A stretch of DNA of 64,000 nucleotides from Neoechinorhynchus agilis (taxonomy: Eukaryota > Animalia > Acanthocephala). The stretch is from contig CM121343.1 in assembly GCA_051530055.1 (NCBI GenBank), positions 32,389 to 96,388 on the forward strand, read 5' to 3'. Below, piece after piece: positions 50,101 to 61,037 of this stretch (within the stretch, counting starts at the first letter, position 1; every line of letters starts with the position of its first letter). Below the pieces are notes generated by a model, which saw only the letters and a list, made by a program, of their open reading frames with translations, ran no database searches and was not told the DNA's origin. The translations under genes were made by a program, and so were the position numbers.

Positions 50101-52220
50101 AAAATGCGATTTTGCTCAAAAACAAAATTGGACGCCTTCTCAAAACATCTCAACAATAATAAAAGCATTTAAAATTTTAAAATCCTCTGTCTTCATGTGG
50201 AACAGTTCAGCCGAAAACTTCTCGAAGAAATGGTAGTAAACAATGCGATTTTGCTCAAAAACAAAAATGGACGCCTTCTCAAAACAGCTCAACAAATAAT
50301 AAAACCATTTAAAATTTTAAAATCCTCTGTCTTCATGTGGAACAGTTCAGCCGAAAACATCTCGAAGAAATGGTAGTATCTCAACAAATAATAAAAGCAT
50401 TTAAAATTTTAAAATCCTCTGTCTTCATGTGGAACAGTTCAGCCGAAAACATCTCGAAGAAATAAAAGTCAAAAATGCGATTTTGCTCAAAAACAAAATT
50501 GGACGCCTTCTCAAAACATCTCAACAAATAATAAAAGCATTTAAAATTTTAAAATCCTCTGTCTTCATGTGGAACAGTTCAGCCGAAAACATCTCGAAGA
50601 AATAAAAGTCAAAAATGCGATTTTGCTCAAAAACAAAATTGGACGCCTTCTCAAAACATCTCAACAAATAATAAAACAATTTAAAATTTTAAAATCCTCT
50701 GTCTTCATGTGGAACAGTTCAGCCGAAAACATCTCGAAGAAATGGAGTACAACAATAATAAAAGCATTTAAAATTTTAAAATCCTCTGTCTTCATGTGGA
50801 ACAGTTCAGCCGAAAACTCTCGAAGAAATAAAAGTCAAAAATGCGATTTTGCTCAAAAACAAAATTGGACGCCTTCTCAAAACAGCTCAACAAATAATAA
50901 AACAATTTAAAATTTTAAAATCCTCTGTCTTCATGTGGAACAGTTCAGCCGAAAACATCTCGAAGAAATAAAAGTCAAAAATGCGATTTTGCTCAAAAAC
51001 AAAAATGGACGCCTTCTCAAAACAGCTCAACAAATAATAAAACAATTTAAAATTTTAAAATCCTCTGTCTTCATGTGGAACAGTTCAGCCGAAAACATCT
51101 CGAAGAAATGGTAGTATCTCAACAAATAATAAAAGCATTTAAAATTTTAAAATCCTCTGTCTTCATGTGGAACAGTTCAGCCGAAAACATCTCGAAGAAA
51201 TGGAGTCAACAATGCGATTTTGCTCAAAAACAAAATGGACGCCTTCTCAAAACAGCTCAACAAATAATAAAACAATTTAAAATTTTAAAATCCTCTGTCT
51301 TCATGTGGAACAGTTCAGCCGAAAATCTCGAAAATGGGTTGGTTTTTGGGTACTCAACAATAATAACTTTTTTAAAATCCTCTGTCTTCATGTGGAACAG
51401 TTCAGCCGAAAACATCTCGAAGAAATGGAGTCAAAATGCGATTTTGCTCAAAAACAAAATTGGACGCCTTCTCAAAACATCTCAACAAATAATAAAACAA
51501 TTTAAAATTTTAAAATCCTCTGTCTTCATGTGGAACAGTTCAGCCGAAAACATCTCGAAGAAATAAAAGTCAAAAATGCGATTTTGCTCAAAAACAAAAT
51601 TGGACGCCTTCTCAAAACATCTCAACAAATAATAAAACAATTTAAAATTTTAAAATCCTCTGTCTTCATGTGGAACAGTTCAGCCGAAAACATCTCGAAG
51701 AAATAAAAGTCAAAAATGCGATCTCAACAAATAATAAACATTTAAAATTTTAAAATCCTTGTCTTCATGTGGAATAGTTCAGCCAAAACATCTCGAAGAA
51801 ATAAAAGTCAAAATGCGATTTTGCTCAAAAACAAAATTGGACGCCTTCTCAAAACATCTCAACAAATAATAAAAGCATTTAAAATTTTAAAATCCTCTGT
51901 CTTCATGTGGAACAGTTCAGCCGAAAAATTCTCGAAGAAATAAAAGTCAAAAATGCGATTTTGTTCAAAAACAAAAATGGACGCCTTCACAAAACAGCTC
52001 AACAAATAATAAAAGCGTTTAAAATTTTAAAATCCTCTATCTTAATGTGGAACACTTCAGCCGAAAACTTCTCAAAGAAATAAAAGTCAAAAATGCGATT
52101 TTGCTCAAAAACAAAAATGGACGCCTTCTCAAAACATCTCAACAAATAATAAAACCATTTAAAATTTTAAAATCCTTTGTCTTCATGTGGAACAATTCAG
52201 CCGAAAACTTCTCGAAGAAA
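47110..52220 (+). repeat. AT-rich composite satellite with 140-bp and 92-bp monomers
   Basis: Core CAACAAATAATAAAA.CATTTAAAATTTTAAAATCCTCTGTCTTCATGTGGAACAGTTCAGCCGAAAACATCTCGAAGAAAT is joined either by a long AAAAGTCAAAAATGCG...CTTCTCAAAACA linker or by a short GGTAGTAT linker. Confidence 0.95.
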
Positions 52221-52590
52221 ATTCGACAAATAAAAGTAACATTTAATATATAAGAGCCGACTGATGTGAGTCTAATACATCTCAGGGTGGAAAATTGCGA
52301 GTTATTGCGCCAAATCGACCGATTGCAGGAAAATAATCCTCTTAAAAATGCTATTTTCTGCGTGAGTAAATCAATAAACACACTTACTCTTTTTAAATTT
52401 GAGGCATGAAAATGCGCTGTGAACTGTATTAATGAATTATTTATTGACGACAAAACTACAAGAAATAATTTTTTTAATGGAATTCGCACCGGCAGTCGCT
52501 TCCACGCAATGCTGAATTGATATTTAAATATTACAGCTTTAATTTCAATTAAGTTTTAATTATTTCGACAGAATCCATTGAGATGGTAAA

Positions 52591-52781
52591 TTTTGACTTG
52601 TGGTAAAGATAATCTTTATTGCACTGAAATATTTCGAAGGAGGAAATCTCGCCTTATTAATCATTGCTTACAAGTTTTATCAACTGTGAAATGATTGATA
52701 AGGCGAGGTTTAATCTTTCGAAATATTTTCTAAGAATAAAATGATTTTTAACCCGGTGATTATGTTCACCACAAGTCAAAA
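52591..52781. repeat. Foldback element with decayed outward-facing hammerhead-like motifs
   Basis: Inner arms 52626-52665 and 52690-52730 (tgaTTGATAAggcgagg...ttcGAAATATT) belong to the family seen at 31370 and 35446. Outer arms are TTTTGACTTGTGGT and ACCACAAGTCAAAA. Confidence 0.75.
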
Positions 52782-53294
52782 GAAGTTTTAATTGCCATCT
52801 TAGTTTCAAACATGGAGAATCTAATAAAAATTTTAATTGCGAAAAATTCGTTTAGTCCTTCTTTTATTTTTCGCTCACCTTTTAAAATCTACGTTTTATT
52901 CGATGGAATGGATTGCAGATATATTTTTTTCAAAATATTATGCCCGTGTTTATTAAGAGATTGAAGTATGAGTCGCATTAAATTGTTCATCTTGTGAAAC
53001 GTTTCTAATTTTCCGATATCGCTGATAAAAATCTAATGATTTCAACGAATTTAGCGAAAATATCGAGTTTTTTGATCGTCAAGGAGAACACCGAGACGTT
53101 CTGTGAGTTTAGAAAGCAATAGAGGTCTATTGCCGCGCGATTGACATTCCAACGCTGATAATGAATGGTGAATTGGAAAATGTTTATCTTTTAGTCAATT
53201 ATTATTCGCAAATCTAAAGGATGATTTAAAAGCACCTGAGGAAATTTCAAAATAATCGTTCTTTGCGTATAAAATACTCGTGTCCTCTGGGATT

Positions 53295-54190
53295 TCGTGG
53301 TGGCGGTTGAAGAACGGTGCCAGCATGCAGGCGCTAACCATGTTCCCGTGAATGGCCTCAGACAGTCGATCTGGGACGGACCTCTTGTCGCGAGAGCTCA
53401 CAGCTCTCTACTTTCCGGTTCTCGCGATGGGGTCGTCCGAGCTAGACTGTTGGCAGTTTCAACACGAGAATCTGGGGCGTGGTTGGAGGCTGTTCCTCTG
53501 GCATCTGTGGGAACTCTTCTCAATGACGAGGTAACGAGGATCGCAGTATCCTTAAGACTCGTTCTCCCGATATGCACGCCCCATCGCTGTCGATGTGGGT
53601 CTTTGGTTGATGCTTTCGGGCGACACGGTCTCGTCTGCAGAAGGTCAGCAGGAAGGTTTTCACGCCATTCTGAAATCAATAACGTAATTTCTCGGGCGTT
53701 GAGAACGGCGAACTTCCCGAACATCCTGGAACCCGCCCACCTCTGTAGACTAGACGGCCGTAGGCCCGATGGAATTTCGGTCTTCCCGTGGCGGGAGGGC
53801 AAATGCCTTCTCTGGGACGCCACGTGTGTGGACACCCTCGCAGCCAGCAACATCCCCTACTCCCTCGAAATCGCCGTTGGTGCCGCCAGTGCAGCGGAAG
53901 GGAGGAAGGTACGAAAATATCTTCACTTATCGAGGGCTCACTATTTTGTCCCCTTTGGGATAGAGACGTATGGAGCGCTCGGCAGCTCGGCACTCTCTCT
54001 GCCCCAGAATGTCTCGAAGAAATTGAGAGAGGCAACCGGAGACTCAAGGGCAGGCTTATTCCTTCGACAAAATATCTCGCTGGCAGTACAACGGGGCAAT
54101 GCTGCCAGCGTGATGGCGACGGTCGAGGAAGGACAAAAGCTGGAATCCGGCGGGAGGTGGTCAGTGTGCTTCAAACAGATTGTTTGAATT
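53295..54190 (+). mobile_element. 5'-truncated CRE-like element with an uninterrupted 296-aa CCHC-RLE frame (young insertion)
   Basis: CRCGSLVDAFGRHGLVC, RHSEIN, RPDG, WDATCVDT, EGRKVRKY, FVPFGIETYG and AVQRGNAA; closely similar to 8982-9860. Confidence 0.92.
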
Positions 54191-54510
54191 CGACGAAAAT
54201 AAAATTCGATTTTTTTTAAAAAGTCCTTTAAATCGCCCACTTTAAACCCCAAATTCTGACATCGACAATCACACACACATTTTTCGTTTGTTCAATGGAA
54301 TCGGAGTTCAATAAACATTTCTGAATACTTAGTCTCGGTTGCATTTGTCCGTGCGCATGTTGGATGCTAGACGAGGTGGCTATCGCTGCATCCATAAACA
54401 GCGTAGATGTTTGTCCATCATTGAAGCGAACTCTTCTTGAAGCGGAACATACTAAATTCATCTCGACCGTCTTTACTCTCCAGCTCCTCCTTAGATCTCA
54501 AGTTGAATTC

Positions 54511-57500
54511 ATCCTACAAAGAATATTTCTTGGAGATTGAACTGTTCATTTTAATTGTTTTATGGCGAACTGATTTTAAACTGCCGATTGATTTCGGAGG
54601 CAAGGGACACAATCTTTTAAACGCTTTTTGATCAAGGCTTTGCTTTTATCCTACAAAGAATATTTCTTGGAGATGGAACTGTTCATTTTTATTGTTTTAT
54701 GGGGCGTAGAGAAATTTAACTGATTTTAAACTGCCGATTGATTTCGGAGGCAAGGGACACAATCTTTTAAACGCTTTTTGATCAAGGCTTTGCTTTTATC
54801 CTACAAAGAATATTTCTTGGAGATTGAACTGTTCATTTCAATTGTTTTATGGCGAACTGATTTTAAACTGCCGATTGATTTCGGAGGCAAGGGACACCAT
54901 CTTTTAAACGCTTTTTGATCAAGGTTTTGCTTTTATCCTACAAAGAATATTTCTTGGAGATGGAACTGTTCATTTTAATTGTTTGGCGTAGAGAATTAAC
55001 TGATTTTAAACTGCCGATTGATTTCGGAGGCAAGGGACACAATCTTTAAACGCTTTTTTATCAAGGTTTTGCTTTTATCCTACAAAGAATATTTCTTGGA
55101 GATGGAACTGTTCATTTCAATTGTTTTATGGCGAACTGATTTTAAACTGCCGATTGATTTCGGAGGCAAGGGACACAATCTTTTAAACGCTTTTTGATCA
55201 AGGTTTTGCTTTTATCCTACAAAGAATATTTCTTGGAGATGGAACTGTTCATTTTAATTGTTTTATGGGGCGTAGAGAAATTTAACTGATTTTAAACTGC
55301 CGATTGATTTCGGAGGCAAGGGACACAATCTTTTAAACGCTTTTTTATCAAGGTTTTGCTTTTATCCTACAAAGAATATTTCTTGGAGATGGAACGTTTT
55401 TTTGTTTTTGGTGTTCATTTTAATTGTTTTATGGGGCGTAGAGAAATTTAACTGATTTTAAACTGCCGATTGATTTCGGAGGCAAGGGACACAATCTTTT
55501 AAACGCTTTTTTATCAAGGTTTTGCTTTTATCCTACAAAGAATATTTCTTGGAGATGGAACTGTTCATTTCAATTGTTTTATGGGGCGTAGAGAAATTTA
55601 ACTGATTTTAAACTGCCGATTGATTTCGGAGGCAAGGGACACAATCTTTTAAACGCTTTTTTATCAAGGTTTTGCTTTTATTCTACAAAGAATATTTCTT
55701 GGAGATGGAACTGTTCATTTTTATTGTTTTATGGCGAACTGATTTTAAACTGCCGATTGATTTCGGAGGCAAGGGACACAATCTTTTAAACGCTTTTTGA
55801 TCAAGGTTTTGCTTTTATCCTACAAAGAATATTTCTTGGAGATGGAACTGTTCATTTTAATTGTTTTATGGGGCGTAGAGAAATTTAACTGATTTTAAAC
55901 TGCCGATTGATTTCGGAGGCAAGGGACACAATCTTTTAAACGCTTTTTTATCAAGGTTTTGCTTTTATCCTACAAAGAATATTTCTTGGAGATTGAACTG
56001 TTCATTTCAATTGTTTTATGGGGCGTAGAGAAATTTAACTGATTTTAAACTGCCGATTGATTTCGGAGGCAAGGGACACAATCTTTTAAACGCTTTTTGA
56101 TCAAGGTTTTGCTTTTATCCTACAAAGAATATTTCTTGGAGATTGAACTGTTCATTTCAATTGTTTTATGGGGCGTAGAGAAATTTAACTGATTTTAAAC
56201 TGCCGATTGATTTCGGAGGCAAGGGACACAATCTTTTAAACGCTTTTTTATCAAGGTTTTGCTTTTATCCTACAAAGAATATTTCTTGGAGATGGAACTG
56301 TTCATTTCAATTGTTTTATGGCGAACTGATTTTAAACTGCCGATTGATTTCGGAGGCAAGGGACACAATCTTTTAAACGCTTTTTTATCAAGGTTTTGCT
56401 TTTATCCTACAAAGAATATTTCTTGGAGATGGAACTGTTCATTTCAATTGTTTTATGGCGAACTGATTTTAAACTGCCGATTGATTTCGGAGGCAAGGGA
56501 CACAATCTTTTAAACGCTTTTTGATCAAGGTTTTGCTTTTATCCTACAAAGAATATTTCTTGGAGATGGAACTGTTCATTTTAATTGTTTTATGGGGCGT
56601 AGAGAAATTTAACTGATTTTAAACTGCCGATTGATTTCGGAGGCAAGGGACACAATCTTTTAAACGCTTTTTTATCAAGGTTTTGCTTTTATCCTACAAA
56701 GAATATTTCTTGGAGATGGAACTGTTCATTTTAATTGTTTTATGGGGCGTAGAGAAATTTAACTGATTTTAAACTGCCGATTGATTTCGGAGGCAAGGGA
56801 CACAATCTTTTAAACGCTTTTTTATCAAGGTTTTGCTTTTATCCTACAAAGAATATTTCTTGGAGATGGAACTGTTCATTTCAATTGTTTTATGGCGAAC
56901 TGATTTTAAACTGCCGATTGATTTCGGAGGCAAGGGACACAATCTTTTAAACGCTTTTTGATCAAGGTTTTGCTTTTATCCTACAAAGAATATTTCTTGG
57001 AGATGGAACTGTTCATTTTAATTGTTTTATGGCGAACTGATTTTAAACTGCCGATTGATTTCGGAGGCAAGGGACACAATCTTTTAAACGCTTTTTGATC
57101 AAGGTTTTGCTTTTATTCTACAAAGAATATTTCTTGGAGATGGAACTGTTCATTTTTATTGTTTTATGGCGAACTGATTTTAAACTGCCGATTGATTTCG
57201 GAGGCAAGGGACACAATCTTTTAAACGCTTTTTGATCAAGGTTTTGCTTTTATCCTACAAAGAATATTTCTTGGAGATGGAACTGTTCATTTTTATTGTT
57301 TTATGGGGCGTAGAGAAATTTAACTGATTTTAAACTGCCGATTGATTTCGGAGGCAAGGGACACAATCTTTTGAACGCTTTTTTATGAAGGTTTTGCTTT
57401 TATCCTACAAAAAATATTTCTTTGAGATGGAACTGTTCATTTTTATGGTTTTATGGCGAATTGATTTTAAACTGCCGATTGATTTCGGAGGCAAGGGACA

Positions 57501-58120
57501 CAATCTTTTAAACGCTTTTTTATCAAGGTTTTGCTTTTATCCTACAAAGAATAAAGAATTTGATTTCGGAGGCAAGGGACACAATCTTTTAAAGGCTTTT
57601 TTTATCAAGGTTTTGCTTTTATTCTACAAAGAATATTTCTTGGAGATGGAACTGTTCATTTTTATTGTTTTATGGCGAACTGATTTTAAACTGTCGATTT
57701 ATTTCGGAGGCAATGCACACAATCTTTTGAACGCTTTTTTATCAAGGTTTTGCTTTTATCCTACAAAGAATATTTCTTGGAGATTGAACTGTTCATTTCA
57801 ATTGTTTTATGGCTAACTGATTTTAAACTGCCGATTTATTTCGGAGGCAATGCACACAATCTTTTGAACGCTTTTTGATCAAGGTTTTGCTTTTATTCTA
57901 CAAAGAATATTTCTTGGAGATTGAACTGTTCATTTCAATTGTTTTATGGCGAACTGATTTTAAACTGTCGATTTATTTCGGAGGCAATGCACACAATCTT
58001 TTGAACGCTTTTTTATCAAGGTTTTGCTTTTATCCTACAAAGAATATTTCTTGGAGATTGAACTGTTCATTTTAATTGTTTTATGGCGAACTGATTTTAA
58101 ACTGCCGATTTATTTCGGAG
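54511..58120 (+). repeat. Satellite with 137-bp and 150-bp monomers
   Basis: ATCCTACAAAGAATATTTCTTGGAGATGGAACTGTTC...GATTTTAAACTGCCGATTGATTTCGGAGGCAAGGGACACAATCTTTTAAACGCTTTT repeats; the long form inserts GG...TAGAGAAATTT. Confidence 0.95.
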
Positions 58121-58286
58121 TATGCTCGAATTGCTTTTAATATTATTTTGGAATTCGTACACTGGTCTTTTTATCCACATCAACCTCTTTTTCTGTTTAA
58201 GCTGCATTTATTCTCTAAAAAAGACGATTTTTTTGTTGTGATCGCCGGCAATTTCGCTATGTTTTCACAAAAAGCATCGATTTTAG

Positions 58287-59488
58287 ATGAAACGAACAAG
58301 AGATTCTTCTAAGAAAAGATCTTCGACTCCGAAACAAGAGAATACCCGAAAATCTAATCAGTCTTCGCTCTTAAATTATTTCGGGATTTCCCAAACTCGT
58401 TCGATTGACCGTACAGATATGTCGCTTGTAAATTCGATTATTGAGGTTGGTTTAAAGATTGGTTAATTTATTAAAATTAAGTTGTCAATTGAATTCGAAT
58501 TTTCGACCCTTTCGTAGGTCTTCGTCAGGATATTGCTTGTAAGTTTTCTATAATTTAAGCTGACGAAGACCCACGAAATGGTCGAAAATTCGAGTTCAAT
58601 TGACAATTTAATTTTAATAAATTCACCAATCTTTAAATTATCTTACGTACAATATCTTTATATCGAGGTTGGTTCATCCGTTTGGATATCTGCACTTAGA
58701 TCACAATTTAATAGACCATATATTCGAACGGTTTGTTCCGTTGCTCCATGTAGTTCTCGGTATTTTAACTATAATTCTAGCTAAGCGAATTTCTGGATAA
58801 TGAGCGACTTAAGAAGGTTGTTTATCCACCAGCAGACAAGGTATTCACGTGGCTTTCGGCTTGTGAGTTCAACAAGGTAATTGTGGCTCATGTTAAAATT
58901 CAATTATTTTTTTTAAATTCGTGTTTTAGATTAAAGTCGTCATAATCGGTCAAGACCCATACCACAACGCAGGACAAGCCCATGGGCTGTGTTTCAGTGT
59001 CCTTCCTCCATGTAAACCCCCTCCGAGTTTACTTAATATATTCACTGAACTTCGACGGGATCTAAAAATTGAGACTCCAAGTCATGGCAATCTTATTGGA
59101 TGGGCTAGACAAGGTTCCTTCTTTTAGCTCATAGTCTTCATTAATTTTGTCTTTAGGCGTTCTTCTATTAAATGCATGTCTAACGGTGGTTGAAAATAAT
59201 CCCAACTCTCACAAGGGAAAAGGATGGGAAATCTTCACTGATTACGTGATTACAACGATTGCTGAACGCTTGGACAAGGTTGTATTTATGCTATGGGGAA
59301 TGGACGCTCAAAAGAAAACTTCCTTGATCAAGTCAAAAGATAAACATACAATATTATGCTCTTCTCATCCTTCGCCTTTATCGGCTCGTAGAGGATTTTT
59401 GGGATGTGGACATTTCTCCAAAGCTAACAATGCTTTAAGCGCAGTTGGACTAGACAAGATTGACTGGGCAGATCTTCCAAAAGAATAG
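58287..59488 (+). CDS. UNG: Uracil-DNA glycosylase (family 1); exons 58287-58445, 58668-58730, 58781-58876, 58930-59113, 59157-59488
   Basis: PIP-like [47 protein letters not shown] and HPSPLS; introns of 222, 50, 53 and 43 nt. Confidence 0.93.
58451..58637. repeat. Foldback element (78-bp arms) with outward-facing hammerhead-like motifs inside UNG intron 1
   Basis: Arms 58451-58528 and 58560-58637 differ at about 5 positions. The right arm reads CTGACGA a GACC-cacgaaat-GGTC GAAA ATTC. Confidence 0.9.
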
Positions 59489-59949
59489 TCCTTTTCAGTT
59501 CTGTGGACTTGATATTTAATTCGCTAACCTTCGAGATTCACAATTTCTTTTGTTTGCATACCAATTTAATCAAGATCTGCAGAGCGTGTTTTCGTTTAAA
59601 ATGATTGGACTTTGAGGTTTGCTCAATCAATTATGTTATTTACGCTTTATTTATATTGGATTCTTTTTTCAAAGGTAATGAAGATTATTGTAGGGAATAT
59701 TTACGCACTTTAAGAAGAACATTTATCCTTTGATATTATAACATCTTTAGCGTTACCGATTTCGTCCCCACAATGGATTCTCTGCCGTTATTTATTAGGT
59801 TAAGCACCCTGATAAAACAAGTCCGTTCTCACCAAAACTTTTATAAATTGAAAGAGTGAAAAATGAATAAAAATTTGGCGCTGATATCTAGAGTCAAAAC
59901 CCCGAGAAGGGCAAAGCATGAAGAAAGTTGTTACCAATGTGGTTTAACC

Positions 59950-60430
59950 ACTTTGCTTCTCGGTGAACGGTTCAGCTTTGAGCCCTTATTTGTTTTTAGT
60001 CACTATGGATAAAATCAGCAAAGGTTCGCCATGGAACATGCTTTTCGCCGACGACATCAGTCTCTCCAGCTATAATTCCCAGGATCTCAACAATGACCTA
60101 GAGAAATGGAAGGATGCTCTGGAAAGTCAAGACCTAAAAATTTCCCGGGGGAGAAATCAGTCTACGTGGGAACTAAAAGCATTTTCCTTCAAGAGACAGC
60201 GCTACAGAAATTCGACAAATTCGAGTTCCTCGGCTTTATAGTGTCGATGCAAAACGATTCACCGCCCAGAATTCATTGAGAATGAATAGCGGATGGATGG
60301 AGTAGAAAAGCCGCCGAATCGATTTATTCGAAAAGTTGAGGAAATGGAAATCGAAGGGACCAGGAAGCGCGGAAGGCCGAGAAAATGATGGAAAGATTGT
60401 GTGGCTGAGGACGACTTTTGGGAGAGAAAC
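59950..60430 (+). mobile_element. Internally deleted RTE-like LINE remnant
   Basis: GSALSPYLF, MLFADDI, then IEGTRKRGRPRK at about 60350. Confidence 0.7.
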
Positions 60431-60914
60431 GGACGGAGAGGTATGTGAAGTTTTAGGACTGCAAGTTTTTTTGCGCGACCAAGAGAAACTAATTTTCCCT
60501 GAAACGGAAGCAAAATCATCGTTTTTATTCTTTCAACATAAATTTGAACTCAACCAATTCATTTTATTAATAAATCCCTACTATAAACCTTCGTCCTAAA
60601 GAACCGTTGTTTCGGCGATTCCATACGTTATAAATCTTTCTACTTTTCGAAATTATAAATGTTTTGATGCTTTGAAGGATGATAATTCAATTTAAGCTAT
60701 TTTACACTCCTTTTAAACGACAAGGCCGTAATTCCAATAAACGATATGCTAACATTGGGGGTTTTTGCCTCAAATAACACCCATCAGCACAATGGCATGG
60801 TACTTTTAAGAATAATTATTTAACTCCTAAACTCCTGAAGTTATGCCTGTGCTATAGTCGACATCTATTACCATCTCATTTTGCCCTTTCTTTAGCTTAA
60901 TGGTTTCGCAGAAA

Positions 60915-60970
60915 ATAAATTGTCTAAGAGATTAAGACGAATTACTGGCGATCCGAGATCAGGAGCATTC
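60915..60970 (+). mobile_element. Short CRE RLE fragment of the satellite-related subfamily
   Basis: AATTGTCTAAGAGATTAAGACGAATTACTGGCGATCCGAGATCAGGAGCATTCC matches 42774-42827 and the satellite monomer. Confidence 0.65.
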
Positions 60971-61037
60971 CACGAGGGACCGTCATAAAAATGGAGTTGC
61001 TTTTTTATCAGTTGCTCTTTGAACAATATGATGCTCA

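Noticed and set aside
51320-51375. Aberrant segments inside satellites (also about 55395-55415)
   Set aside because: They look like local consensus errors in repetitive long-read assembly rather than biological inserts.
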